A DNA stretch of 64,000 nucleotides from Schmidtea polychroa (lineage: Eukaryota), in NCBI GenBank assembly GCA_044892525.1, contig CM097888.1, positions 2,666,001-2,730,000 of the forward strand, read 5' to 3'. Below, piece after piece: positions 37,990 through 52,700 of the stretch. Made by a program: the position numbers and the translations under genes. Each line of letters starts with the position of its first letter. The stretch's first letter is position 1. Under the pieces are notes generated by a model. It did no database searches. It saw only the letters and a list, made by a program, of their open reading frames with translations, and was not told the origin of the DNA.

Positions 37990-38120
37990 AGGCAAATGGT
38001 AATTTTAGGAAAATAACATTTGGCTAGGCAAATGCCATTTGCCTGGTCAATAGCTTTAGCTATTATTTCATTTCCATTTGACTAGGAAAATAGCATTTGC
38101 CCAGGCAAAAGCCATTTGGC
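37990..38120. repeat. Array of about 19-bp quasi-palindromic units (aggcaaatgccatttgcct)
   Basis: About six related units, each self-complementary. Confidence 0.7.
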
Positions 38121-38379
38121 TAAATCTTTGTTGGGCAAATAATTATTTACAAATTAACAACTGTTAACAACATAACCTTAAAATCTGATATTTAAGCAAT
38201 ATAAAATTCTATAATTAAAATATGGTAACATCACTAAAATAATGAAGTATTTACTAACTTATAAAATCGATTTACTATTATCTAATCTAATATTAAATTC
38301 TTTTCTAAATAGTCTTTGAACTAAACCGACACTTTGTCGATAATATAGAAACGTGGCGGTCTTTAGTATTTCCTTTATA

Positions 38380-39410
38380 TTATGGAATTTTGAAATCATA
38401 TTTTGAAAAAAATAGTACTGGAATCAGAATGGGTTTGTCCGGGAACACCAAATTTTAAAATCTTTAGGGAAAAACTTCAGTGCCGGAGTATTTTGCGTGA
38501 ACAACATGTAAAAGAGTTTTAAAAATTGGCGCAAATTTTCAAGCGTCTTTCATAAGCACGTCATCGAGACATTCGAATATAAGGATGAAGATACCTACGA
38601 AGAAAATACAGAATCTCCAGTGAAGCGTAGCTATCAAGAAAACTCCAAAAATGCAGCTATTATTACAAACGATCTCGATTTTTTGCGATGACTCTCTTGA
38701 AACGGTGTTGGCTTGTATGACACTAGTTGATGGTTTACCAATTAGCATTTTCATAATGTCAACTAAGATGCTCAAATCCCTACTGGGTCATGTATTTGAT
38801 GTGATAGAATTGCCAACTACTATTAGAGACGTTGATGTGAAATATAGACATATTTGATAAATAGATAAGACGGAATTCAAAAGGCAAAAAACAAAAGTCA
38901 AACTTTCAGTTTCACCTTGGACAAATAAACTTCAAATAATAAGCTTCTTTATTTGTACATTAATATACACATAAAATTCAGTTTTGGGATCCGGGACTGG
39001 TTTGAGTGGAGATAGCTATGTTAAACTTTTCAAAGAAAGGCCAGAATTCTTTGGATTAAATTTACGAAGTGTAGCACGACGGACATTGGACTTGTTATGC
39101 AGAAGGTGGGGAAATTACTTTCTTGTGACCAGGAATTTTGTTTCGCACTTCTAATCCATCTAGTAATATTGTATGTCCTCTACAAATCGTATGAATTCAT
39201 ACCAAAAAGATGGAGCTAAAGAAGACACTCACATCGCTTCTAAATACAAATATGAATGCGATGGATTTCATTATTGATGAAGCTAATAAGTTTGGTGAAA
39301 ATAGCGGATAGCTTACAAAGAGTACGAACCTTTGTTTCGAAAATTGTTAACAAAAGATAATCTTCAAAAACACATCAAAGAACAATTCAACAAAGAAATT
39401 CAATAAGAGC
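38380..39410 (+). mobile_element. hAT transposase pseudogene
   Basis: SLETVLACMTLVDGLPISIF...LP..IRD..VKY, FWDPGLV, DIGLVMQKVG and TKDNLQKHIKEQFNKE across frames. Many stops. Confidence 0.75.
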
Positions 39411-39677
39411 TTGGCGTGAAGATTCAGTAAAAACAGACTGTGGCAACGGCTTTATCGTGTTAAGAACTGTATTAGAAAATCGCTGATTGATGTAGGGCCA
39501 CTTTTTTGTTTGAAGAAAAAAAATCAAACTTGATTTATAATTTAGTGGAAACGCTTGTAAGCTAGCTGTTAATGTCATTGTGGCGTAACACCTCTCACCT
39601 GACACAACAATGCCTTTTGGACAATAAATGGCCGTTTTTTCATTGAATAAATAAGCATTGAATTCGTCTTTCTTCAT
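39387..39677 (-). mobile_element. pogo/Tigger-like DDE remnant
   Basis: DEF...KTAIYCPKG..SGERCYATMTLTAS...LIFFLQTKK resembles the DDE_1 segment. Confidence 0.4.
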
Positions 39678-40510
39678 AATTTTAGTTTTTTCTTAAGGGC
39701 AAACAAAACAAATTGAATATAGACCCATTGTTAACCTTTGTGTAAGTAAACAAGTAGACAATCACATACATGGTTATTTGATTGACGAGACCACTGGGAA
39801 ATAATTCCTCTTCTTAATTAGAAAGAAAAACCGTGGATTTAGTCAAGCCACAAAAGTCCCTACAACAAAGGTTTTAACAAAGATATCTCAAATGAAATGG
39901 ATGCAAAAATTACTTCTACAAACGCAATTCACCCAGAAAATAGAATCGACACGGATGATTACGTACATTCACATATTTTATGCTATGCACGCGCAGACAA
40001 TCCATAAAATCATCTCTGCTAGAAGAAGATAAAGGGGTACACAATAATGTTCGGACTAATTCGAATAAATCAGTACGTACACAGGTGGAGTAGATAGATT
40101 TTCCAGCTCCATATAAGGTTATAATACAATCTCAGTCGTAGAAATACGCTAAGGCGAATGAATCTGAGTAATAGAAATCATTGGAGCAAAGAATCAGTCG
40201 GGACACGATTATTCATTCCAGAGCAGTAAGCGTTCTCTAATAATTTATTCCATTAGATAATATAATAAGCAAATGCCAAGGGATATGCGATCAAAACCCA
40301 GAACCGACGACGAACTCCAAAATTTATGATATGAACGATCAAGAGGCTATGCTCGTAGTAGACCAGCGGTTAATTTGATTATTCTATGCGAAATCCGGCT
40401 TGGGTTCGTGATCACACATATCCAAGCCAGGAGTAGGAAACCGAACAATTTCTTTATCATATTATAAGAACTTTTTTTTCAAATTTCAACACTGATTTCT
40501 TTTCCATTGT

Positions 40511-40602
40511 ATTTATTAAAAAGCTTGAAGACTATGAATAAGTAAATATGTCGACGTTTTTGAGATATTTACTGATTTATAGTCTTCAAGCTTTTAATAA
40601 AT
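40511..40602. repeat. Isolated about 38-bp-arm hairpin (micro-MITE or hairpin RNA)
   Basis: atttattaaaaagcttgaagactatgaataagtaaatat versus the reverse complement of 40565-40602, few mismatches, 15-nt loop. Confidence 0.85.
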
Positions 40603-41459
40603 TTCTTTATCGTTGTTGTTGTTGTTGATATCATAATGGTAAAGTTAAAATTATTTTTTCTTTTGTGTATTTTACCTATTTCAAGTTGTTAAGTGAAATA
40701 GGACAAAATGTTAGGTTGTTGTAGGGATAGGGGTTAAATGGGTAAAATACGAGCTTGAGCGTCCAACGTTTTATTTATATATATATAGATCATAAAGAAC
40801 AGATACATAGATTAAGTCATTTCAGCTAAGCACAATCATTTGTTTATTTAATAGAACACGTGTTAAAAAACTTTTAAGCTGACATGCTTTCCTCATTTAG
40901 ATAGGTGAAAGAGTATCAGTTATGAGCAGAAAGATTAAAAATATAATGTAGAATGATGGAGGCCACTTTGTTTCACCCAGAAACAATGAAGAAACAGAAA
41001 GTTCTCAGGTCTCAACTACAGGAACTGGCGACACGGGTATCAGTTGCAAATAGGAGTGTGCAAATGAAGAGTCCATCGACTAGCGATAGCTGGCAACCAG
41101 ACGTTCAACGACTAATACATCATAAACAAAGTGCCGTCTGAACCTTACTTCTGAACCTCAAACCTAGCTAGTCAAAGAGTGACAGAATAAAATACTTATC
41201 CGCCAGTAACGATAAAGCGATGTAAGTTGAGTGAGAAGGAGAGAGCTCGAATAAAGACCAGCAAAAAAGCCCATCGAGTCCAGCTTGCCAGAAGATGTAA
41301 CAAAAAAATAAATGGTGAGTGTAACTTTAATCTTATAATTTTTCATTTTGATAGGGATTGCAAATAATTTTAGACTTTTTTGAGTAGAATTTATAAAAAA
41401 ACGAAACATTAGACAACCAAAATATTTGTTATTTTCGACTAATAATATCATTTACCAAT

Positions 41460-41716
41460 TTCCGCCGAACAAACTATCGAGGAGCTACGCGCCAGGCTAC
41501 ACTTAACATCCAGAAAAGTAGGGGAACTCCAGTTGAACTTAAGAACCGTCGCGAAAAAATAGAATTTGAATGTTAGTTATCATTCCCTAATTAGCTATTT
41601 CTGTTGACCCTCTTCGTAATTCCCCTTCTTTTGTTTACCCTCGTTTATCCGGCTGTTTGGATAATTACTCTCTGAATTCCTCGTTTGTTTATCTTTCCAA
41701 ATTGCCGTGCTCGGCA
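41460..41716 (+). mobile_element. LTR gag-like remnant, same family as 1007-2050
   Basis: AEQTIEELRARLHL gag-like stretch. 41575-41716 is the reverse complement of 1485-1605. Confidence 0.45.
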
Positions 41717-42573
41717 AGGTTCGAATGTAAGGCATTTAATATAAGTCTTTTTTGGACTTTAAATGAATTCTTTTTTTATGTTTGATTAAAACTTCATTGT
41801 AAATGAAAAGGTAACTTTTTATTTATCTGGTTTCTATCTAATCTGAAAATTGGATGATTATGGTGTGCTGAACTCATTTTATTCGACATTTAATGAATTT
41901 GAACACAAGTAATTTTGAAATGAATGTTAAACTTTTTTTTTGATTCAGACACAGTCTACTGGTTTCCAGAAATTTGTAAAGCTCACGACTTTGCAATTAA
42001 AAGAGTACTCATTATTGTGTTAGTATTCACTCATTAGACACATTACCAATTCATTTGTGGCCGGTGTATAGCAATTAGGAGATACCCCGATCTTAGGTTA
42101 GGATAGGAAGGGACCTTAAAATAAAATGAACATTTCGAATTAGCTAACCAAAAATATCAAATGAAAAAAGAACTTTATAAATGACAATATCTTTTTAATT
42201 TTTTAATTTAGTTTCATTTAATAATTTTAATTAATTACAATTTTTAATTTCGTTTTTTTTGAATTTAGACCACACAATTTTAATTTTCAATTAATCTTAT
42301 TACTTATACTTTTGCAAATCCAAAATTTTATAAAAGAAAGAAAAAATAAATTGAAAATATTTTATTAATGAGAAGAATTTCAAAATATTACTAATAATAA
42401 AATAAAATTTATGTATCATTATATTAAAATTAAAATTCGATTTTTACAGAATGTAAAATTTATTATTTACTTTCTATTAATTAACCAAAGATTTTATTTA
42501 TTGAATGCATTTAATTTTATCCATTTTTGTTTTATTGTTTTAATACAAATATTTTGCGGATTAATAACAAATA

Positions 42574-45500
42574 ATGTCATACAACAATAATTTTAGTTAT
42601 TTTAATGGTTGGATTTTCTTTGATTTTAGTTATGTTTATATATAATTTTAAAAGCTCCAACATCCAATAATGATTGGTGGGGTTCTAAGGATACAAAGAA
42701 ACCAAGCACTTTTGATGAAAGTCGAGTGGTCAAAATTGGTGACTATTTTGAAATACTTAACTTGTTGAAATTGTTTATTCTTATTTAGATTACAACAATC
42801 AACCATATGCTCAAAATTATTTGCAAAACTATGCAAGTATGATTTTACCCAGTGAAAACCGGACCACCGAACCAGTTCATCCTCGACACGAAGTACTTCA
42901 AGGCACAGTAACCCAATTATTTGCTTCCTTTGGATACATCAATGACAACATTATTTTTTCCAAAACGTAATTATATTATTCCTAAAATACATTACTGCTG
43001 ATATTTATAATTTAACCACCAGTTCATATATTCTTTGATTTCTTTATTTTACTGCAAGTTTATGAAAACTGTATTTAGTGCGCTATGAAAAGATATTGCT
43101 ATTAATGAAATAAGATAAAATTGCAGTTTGAAATATTTGAATTAAAGCTGAAATGGCCAAAATTTAATGTTTTTTATTATTTTGAAAAACAATTTCTGGC
43201 AAAAACTATTAAAACACAATTCTGTGATTGTTTACGTTTAAAAACTTGTTAAAATTAAAATATAAACCTATGAAATCGAACAATTGAGAGCTATTTATAA
43301 GATAAAATGGCTTTGATGGAAAACAATAATTAGTTTACAAAAATTATAATTATAAAATAAGTCAATAAATCTATTATATAAATTTTTATTGATTTACAAT
43401 ACAATGGATATTTTGAATTTTTGAATTATATATTTTATAGGTTTTGTATTATGCGGATCTTAATATTTTATCAGATTCGTTACTAAGATTAAAATAATGT
43501 TTTGTGATTCGAAACTATGGGTAAACTGAACTATACCCCCCATATAGTAAGAGTTTATCCGACAAGATATTCTGTCCGCCCTATTGGTGCGGCTCACAAG
43601 GGTAATGGTCGCAAGGGTACCGCTTTGTTGTGGTTGTTGATGATTTGTGGTTCCGAAATTGTTTTGCCCGTGGATCCCAGGTGCAAAATTACAAATGAAT
43701 AATGGAAAAATGTCAAATTTAACTTTGATGTCTCAAATGGTAAATGGTAACGTAAAAATAAAATATAAATAAAACTTTTAAAAGTAGTTATTTAAAATTA
43801 TAACTTTTGTTTCAAAATACAAAAAAATAAATGAAGTTGATTGGATGTGATAAGTGGATTTATGTCCGGCTCAATGTTTGTGATGAGGATCAAACGGCAC
43901 GCTCTACCAAAGAGGAAGACGGGAAAGCAATCAACAGCTTATGTACAATAACTCATAATGCTGGATATAAAATAGGTAAAGTACTATTTCCTGGTGACGG
44001 AGTAAAGCCATATTTCTTATATTCAACACTGTATTGTCTGCATCTATTTTTCAGCTCCCTCATACTGTTATNNNNNNNNNNNNNNNNNNNNNNNNNNNNN
44101 NNNNNNNNNNNNNNNNNNNNNNNNNNNNNNNNNNNNNNNNNNNNNNNNNNNNNNNNNNNNNNNNNNNNNNNNNNNNNNNNNNNNNNNNNNNNNNNNNNNN
44201 NNNNNNNNNNNNTTTTTTGCTGTTGACAAAAAAATCATGTTAATTCATATCGGTAGTGATTCCCCGTATTTCGATGCATATATAATGTTTTCTATAGTTT
44301 TAATGTTTATATTAATGTAAATATGTAAATTAGTCGTTGAATAAAGACTTATTATATTTGCTATTTTCTAATATCTTGAACCTAACCTCATAATTACATA
44401 TAAAATCGGGTTCACAGTTCGCATTATTTCGGTTTGCGGGTTGTTTAGTGGAACGTATTTTTTAAATTTTATATTAAACCTTGCGTTGTTCAGGGACCCC
44501 AAAATCAAATTTAATTTCCCACGGGCCGCCCGAATGATCCCGGGATCCGTAAGGACCATTTTGGGAACCACTGGTTAAGCTATGCTATAATATAAATCTG
44601 CAATGGTCATGGCATAGATTATTGAATGGTGGTGTAAATATTAACAGTTTGGAATTATTAACATTCTAAGGAGTCTATGATGCTTTTGTCTTCCGAGTCA
44701 AGTAAATATAAAATTATCAAATTACTATCAAATCAAAATAACATTAATAAAAATAAATAATTTATTGAATTATTCCCTTTGCCATCTGTATACTTTTTCA
44801 ACTCAATTTCCCACGTAGAATTAATTCCCTGAGGTATTTTATAGACCTTGTAAAATCAATAAAACCCTTCAATTCTAGCTAGATGAGAGATTTTCTAAAA
44901 ATATAATTAAGATTCTAAAGGGTAAAATAATCTCCATTTTGGCAAGATTATGCGGAAATATTTCATAAATGGTTTTCGATAATCGATTTTCATTGGTTTA
45001 TATTGATAAATTGAGTGCTAATTTTGTCCAACAACTTCAATCTATTCATTATTAAATAAAATATTTTAATTTCCTTATTTATTGTTATAAATCAACCAGC
45101 AAATATCATTAAGCGCTTTATCAACAGAATCATCATGATCATTATCATAGTTATATTGTCTAGGGATGTGTCCGGTCCAATGGTGAAGGTTGGTGATAGA
45201 GTAGCAGTCGATGCAACATACCAACCTAACAATCCTACCAAATACAAAGGGGAAAGAGTTTGTAAAATCGACGATTCAAGATTTAGTTCAACGACAAACA
45301 GCTTATCTAAAATGAAACCGCTTTCTAGAGATTTATCCTCAAGAATTGATATTCCTTTGACATATCGCTCAGATTCTGGGAAATCCGACAAGAAATCCGA
45401 ATCGAAACCCGAATCGAAACCTGAATCGAAACCTGATAAAATTGCTAACAAGAAAATTAAATCTCGGAGGTAATTTAAAATAATTAATTCATTTTGACCA

Positions 45501-46754
45501 ATAAAATAAAAGTTAGAACATTCAATCCTTAATAATAAATTGCTGCTATATTAATATAAATCATTGTGATTGTGCCTGTCGGAAACGACAAATTGATGTA
45601 TTTATTGAACAAATCCTCAGTTATAAACATTTATCATCTAGATCTAGTGAACCAAAAGGAAGAAAGAAATTTGAACCGAAAAAGCAAGGAAAAATAAATT
45701 CTGGTGCCGGAGTGCATTCACCAATCGATCTCACAAATTCAGAAAAATCCGGATCTGTGAAAGGTCCATCGCCAGTATCATTGAAGCGTAAAACAAGAAG
45801 TTCATCAAAAAATCACAAAACTAGCAGCACCAAGACGACAGCTCCCGAAACCTCCGAAAAGACAATAGCAAAAATTAGCGTGGAAAAGTTACCAAAACCA
45901 ATGGAAAGCTTTTCATTGCGTGAATTGGACTGTGCAGCCTTGAAGTTTAGGTGCAAGAATCTCAATCCGCCAAATCAATTCTTTCACGTCTCATTGAAAT
46001 ATCAACAGGCGTTTCCACTTAATCATCCAATGAAATTAGGAAATGCTTGTCACTTTAAAGTAGGCTAAATGTGGTGGTTAATATATCTATCTCAAATGTC
46101 CTCTCTTTGAACGTTGCTAGGTGTTGGATAGAAAGGTGAAGAGTATTGATAATTTCATCAACGAGCAGCTAAATCGTGACATCGACCCGGAAGATGCCGA
46201 TACGACATTTTCAGCAAAAGTTATGCTGCTGTCCACAGCCGAATTGTCAGAATTCTACAAACAAACATTGATCCTAGCAGAAGAGTTTGACAGCAACAAT
46301 AAAATTCCCATTACCAAGGCAATCAAGTTCCTCGTGGGTAACACTGGTCCCAACAAGGAGTTTGCATTTGGTGGTGCGTGGTCTCCGTCACTAGATGGCG
46401 TTGATCCAGATACGAATCCTCGGGTTTTGATCAACACTGCCATCCGCACCTGCAAGAATTTGACTGGGATCGATTTATCTGGATGCTCGTCATGGTGAGT
46501 TGGATTCTTGGATATGCTCAGTGTGCTGCTGTGTTGTTAATCGATATTATTATTATTTATTATTATTATTATTATTATTATTGTTATTGTTGATATGATT
46601 AATTACACCCGAATAGCACCCCAGCGCACTCATGGAATATCGATTATCCATCGCCTTGTTGATCCGACTGACCAAATTCAGCAAAATCATTATGATATAA
46701 ATCAAGCGGACCTCCTGATATCTATCTGTATTTGTAGATATTCAGTTCCAATAC

Positions 46755-46792
<38 letters not shown>

Positions 46793-49700
46793 ATACATAT
46801 TGATACATACACTAATACTCACTGATACTCATAGCGGCATTATTACATAATCAACAGCTAACACCAATTTACCGGTTAAATGGGATCTGCAGAATTTCAC
46901 CAGCACTTTCCGCGTTCCTGAAGAACAGCCTTGCAGTTCCATTCAGTATAAATGCTTCAAACGAAATTTATTGTCCAGCCTTGTATCGTAATGAGGTTCC
47001 TCGGATTTCTGGCCAAACTTTCATGTTTTTGGGAACGGTTTGCAATTGGAGAATGAACTCGATTCTAATCAGTAGCGGCAGCAGCGGCAGCAGCGGCAGC
47101 AGCAGCAGCCACTAATACCATGGAAACCCCAATATTGGAATTGCCATAATAATTATTACAATATAAAAATGATTGCTCATCTAATGTTGTGTATGAATTG
47201 ATATATAATTACAATGCTTTATTTGACATGCAATAAATCAATTGGGGTTATTTTTCCAGGCCAAAATTCCTTGAAATCCATTACTATAGGCCATTACAGA
47301 AAATTCAAAGGAAAACTAATTGCCAAGATACCTCAAAAAGTGACAACAAAATGGAAACGGAATCCGAGGAACGATTTGAATACATAGAACCAAGAATGGA
47401 AACAGTTGTGTACTATGTGCCGGATATTTGGAATTGTGTCCCGTCACAAGATAGCTGGAACGATATTAAAAGAATGTACCAAGGACAATTGACAAGCCTG
47501 ATGTGCCCTCCTCCAAGCGTCCCGGGACCAGTAAAACCAGCCGCTACGACCAGCAACAGGACTGCAAACATGGATGAAGCTCCCACATCCAAGAAATCAA
47601 CCAATGATACTCAAGAAGAGGAGGACTATAACTTTAATGAAAACGAGGAAATTGATGAAAAGTCCAAAGATTCTGTAATTGATATTTAATAGAAATAGGA
47701 TTTGATTTGATTTAATGAAGATATTTTACTCCACCGCTTTGATGACATTAATGCCTTGATAGATGTATTGATTTAGGAACCCATTCTCGCCACAGATGAG
47801 GTACCAACGCATTTTGGCAGTTTGAACGTTGATGGAATGAAGGTGAATGGATATATCCGTTGATTACAACATGAATTTATGGTTACATTTGCAATAGATC
47901 ATAGAAATTAAGCGGGAACTGGAATTGCGCAAACTTTCTGCTAAAGGCGTTATGGAACAGCTGAAAGCTAGATTGAAAAGTGCTCTTGAGAAAGAAGAAA
48001 TGGAAGAAAAAATGAAAGGTAAACTTAGATCAAATTACATTGGCCAATTATTGATTTTTTCATAAATTCTGAATGCTATTATTAATTAATATAATCTTCG
48101 GATCAATATTATATTTGAATCAATATAATAATTTCTGAATCAATATGCTATTCTAAAAAGGCGCCCAAATGAAAACCGCATAATTCGAGGCTAAGAATCC
48201 ATACAAAAAGGGTTAGGGGGTTTGGTACATCAGATATTGATATTTATCATATTAACAAGCTCACCATTTCACCATTATTTGTAAATAAAATTATTTCATT
48301 CTATTCTAACTTTGTTAAAGAAATAATTACTCTTGAATAGAAAAATTGCAAAAAATGATTATAATGTTGTGCAATAAAACTTGTGCAAGCCGATAATACA
48401 GTTATGCATAGAATTCATTCAATTTTTATCACTTATAAGAATTTATAAATTATTTTTATATTCTTAATCTGTAATCTTTTCATCGTGCTCGCGTTTCTGG
48501 GAGATAACCAATCATTAGTTTCTCTAGGTGTTATTATGACCCTTTCTGCACTGGAGCAGGCGCAGTTCTGTGACATATAAAATTTGTTATTAATGATTGC
48601 TTTTTAGAGAGATCTGGATGATTTCTGTTTTCAAAACACGGTTCCATACATTATTGTAATCGGCACTGAAATTTTAGCCCTTTAAATATCTGCATCATTG
48701 TCTTTAAATAAACGTTGTAGTTGATTGGAAATAGCTATTCCTTCTGATAAAACTTTTGATGTAAAAGATGGCGTTGTTTTGGATTCGTCATTCTTATCAC
48801 CTAATTCTTGATTTGCACTAATTAAAATATGAATAAGATCTTCATTTAGGTTATGATCATAATTTATAAATTCTTGAATATCAGTGAAAGTTATTTAATC
48901 AAATCAATCTCCTCCAATAGAATCTACGACATGGCATAGGTCAACTAGAACCTCTGTTACTTCATTTAATATATCGACTCCGACTGGCGTTGGCTTATTC
49001 CAAGAGCGCTTGATTGTAGATTGCGTAAATGATATAATAGAATTTGCTATAAACAACGTTAACAGCATACAAATTTACCATAAAATTTAAAATTAACATA
49101 ATTTCAATTTATCATGTGGTTTAACATTTTATTTCCCCACCAATCGAATATTTAACTCTCAAATAACATTTGAAGTGTTTTTGTTAGTACCCCATGATTC
49201 CATTTTTTCAGATCCGACATCAACTGTCAAAACTGTGACAGAAGCGAAGTCCATTTCAGATCTTGTGTTGTCAGAAGCGGAAAAAAAAGAATTGAAACAA
49301 CTGTATAGCTTACCCGATGATCCACATATCATTGTGCATCACAATAACAAGCACCAAGATGGTAAAATAAGGATAAAAACGATGTCGCTACATGTAAATA
49401 TCTATTTAAACATCTCACTGGTGTCTAATGACCATTTCTAGTCGTTATTGAGCTATTATGATGTGAAATTCGATGAAACAACATTCGAGGTTGCGTTGTT
49501 TGCTAGGCAATTTTTGGAGATGTTGCGCAGGGATGCTGTGTTTAATGTTTACAAGTCATTGGTTGTAACTCCAGAGTCGGATTTGGTGTCCAAGGAAGAG
49601 TATGTCCATCAATAATTTATATTTACCCATTATTTCTAATCGATTTTCTTACTTTTCCTCCCTTCACAGTTAGGGCTTACAAAACCGGGTTTTCGGTAAA

Positions 49701-52700
49701 ATTGTCCAAAATTGAAATTAAATAAATTTTATTCAACTATAATTGATGGTTTGAGCCCCATTAAAGTAACAGCGGAGAGCTTATGCTCTCAGAATCAGGA
49801 ATTATATCGAGCAGATATTGCTTTGCAGTTAAACTATTTAAACAAAACAACTCATTTAGTACAGATCTGAAGATAGTTCTATTGAAGCGACGTTTTAAAT
49901 ATGCTGATCATAAAGTAGATATAAATACAAACAATTATTATTTATTCATTAAACCACCACAGAATAATTTAGTATGACAAATTTATGAACTTTTTCAGAG
50001 ATATATAGTTTATGGATACTTAGAAACCATTCTACCAACAAGTGTTGAGTCGGAACGATCATTTTCTTCAGCCTCACATTTAGTAACAAAAGTACGATCA
50101 CCTTTATCTAATCAATCGATAAACCATTTATGCTTAATCCGAGCATTTTATAATAATAAAAATAAGACATAATTTGTTTTTAATTATATTTTTTAATAAA
50201 TTACATGAATTTGGAGGCCAAAAATGATACTGTGTAGTAATTATCCATTACTAGCTTGTGATTACTTGTGAAACTCACTAACCCATATTTAAACTAAACT
50301 CGATGTAATATCGCCTTGAATAGTCATTGTTTTGCTCTACGATGTTGCTAGGACCACACAAATAAAACAGATAAAGAGTTTTAATGATATTGTAATACAG
50401 ATTTATAAAATCCGCCGAAATTTCTTTGATTGTAAATTTGTAATGAATATTTATTGGATAAACACACTATTGAAATGGAACATTCTAAATCATTATTGAT
50501 GAAGTATTTCAACCGAAAGTTGATTGGTCTATATTAGTTGCTGATTTCAAAGCTTCGGTGAAGGAGTAAATGGAAAACTAACAATAAATCTTGGGAATCT
50601 CTGTAAAAGTTAAATTTTAGTCAAATTTAAAGAATAGAGGCTTTTAGTGCCTTAACTTAAGTGTGCTTTCCAAAACATCTAAGTACAACTCATGGAGTTA
50701 CATTAGCACGTTAAGATTCCAGAAAATCCTAATTTTTGTTGATATTTTTTCACATAAATTCATACAATCAAGAGCGGATTTTAACCTTTTTACTTCACCG
50801 ATTCATTTGGCAGTGCAAACCGCTTTTACTAACTGTCACATCCCAAAATTCATTTCCCCATTTTAGGAATTCCGCTAAAAAGCCCAAACTTATGGTGACA
50901 ACATCAAAAAGAACTATCAACCGGCCTTTACTTTTCTCATGTACAATTTTGGATCGAGAGAGGACAAATAATATTTCACTTGATGATTTGAAAGGGTTGA
51001 TTGAAGGTTTGGGCATTTGTCTGTCATCAGATCAGGTAACAAAATTTGAAATTGTTATTGGTTATTATCGGTGGAATTAACAGCTTTCGGCATTAATTAA
51101 TAAAGTGAAAGAAAGCTCAAAATGCCTGAATTACAGGTTGCTCACGGATAAAGAAATAGATGACAACGATATGTCGAAAATGCTGATTATTGACCAGACT
51201 GATGATTTGGATTATATTCGTGAATTGGCAATGGGCAATAAGGCGTTATTTGATGATGGAATCGCTATTGACTCTTCGTAATTTGATTATAATTGGCTGA
51301 TTGTTGTCCTATCTGATGTGTATATTCTATACTAGTGTCGACATGGAGGAAATTGACAGGCTGAAGAATGAGTTGGATAAATCAGAGAGGTGTCGGCAAA
51401 CATTGGAATTGAGATTTGCGGAAATCAGAGAAGAAGCCGGTAATAAATATTTGATGGAGTATCCTGTTACAATCACTCATTGGTTTTTGTTCAGGGAAGA
51501 ACACGCAGCTGATACAATCACAATTGAAAGAAATTCAAAAGTGTAAAGAACAAATTTCTGAATATCGGACAAAGTATCACCATGAGCAAGATCGTGGAGA
51601 TTTTTACAAGAAAGACTTTGATAAGATTTATAGAGACCTGAAGGAAATTGATAAGTTATCAACTGGGCTTGGGAAATATGTAATTGAATCAGTAGAACGA
51701 TTTAAGAAAATAGACAAACCAGCAGAAAAGGGCGATAAGACTGAGAAATCTGTTGAGAAAACGCTTGCGAAATCTGAATCTAAGCCACTGTCCACCATTA
51801 AACCGAAACCGAAAGAACCGAAACCATCAAATAATAAATCAAAATCTACTGTCAATCACGCTGTAACAGAGAAATCAGAAGAACCCACACAGCAAATTCC
51901 GAATTTACCAGTCACCCCTTCACAAATCGTTGATGAGCTGCCATTGGATGTTGAAATGAACGATGTCACCATAGAAACTACAGAAACTAATGAGGACAAA
52001 GAAGAAATGGTTAAAATTGATTTATTGCTATCATGGCTAATAATATCGTACATTTAAGGAAATACACAATGAGGAGAAATCCGAGAAATATCCCGAAGGT
52101 CAAAAGGAGGTTGGTTATATATTTATTGTTTTCTTGGTTTCATTCGTTACTCTTGAACTATATTTTTATGTTTATAATAGCGTTCCGTTTTTTTATTGAT
52201 TGTGGACATATATCATTCATTATTGATGATTGATTATGATTTGATATTCATTATTGATGATTGGTTGTGATTTGGTATTCATTATTGATGATTGGTTATC
52301 ATTTGGTGTTCATTATTGATGATTGGTTATCATTTGGTATTCATTATTGATGATTGGTTGTGATTTGATATTCATTATTGATGATTGGTTATCATTTGGT
52401 ATTCATTATTGATGATTGGTTATCATTTGGTATTCATTATTGATGATTGGTTATCATTTGGTATTCATTATTGATGATTGGTTATCATTTGGTATTCATT
52501 ATTGATGATTGGTTATCATTTGGTATTCATTATTGATGATTGGTTATCATTTGGTATTCATTATTGATGATTGGTTATCATTTGGTATTCATTATTGATG
52601 ATTGGTTATCATTTGGTATTCATTATTGATGATTGGTTGTGATTTGATATTCATTATTGATGATTGGTTATCATTTGGTATTCATTATTGATGATTGGTT

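Noticed and set aside
40766-40790. Helitron-like 5' end (atctatatatatataaa on the minus strand)
   Set aside because: No matching 3' hairpin or CTAG found; could be a simple TA run.
41190-41314. Alternative first exon for CCAR1 (strong gtgagt donor at about 41315) or an MFS-like fragment on the minus strand
   Set aside because: A closer ATG exon (42574-42607) with a typical 47-nt intron explains the phase, and neither reading matches a family convincingly.
42057-42100. Faint resemblance to bacterial 5S rRNA
   Set aside because: Only a short partial match, and the rest of the 5S structure is absent.
45092-47604. Antisense ORFs overlapping CCAR1 exons (also 51628-52053) and STPG2 exons (27911-28129, 33273-33461)
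   Set aside because: Shadow frames of the real genes on the opposite strand.
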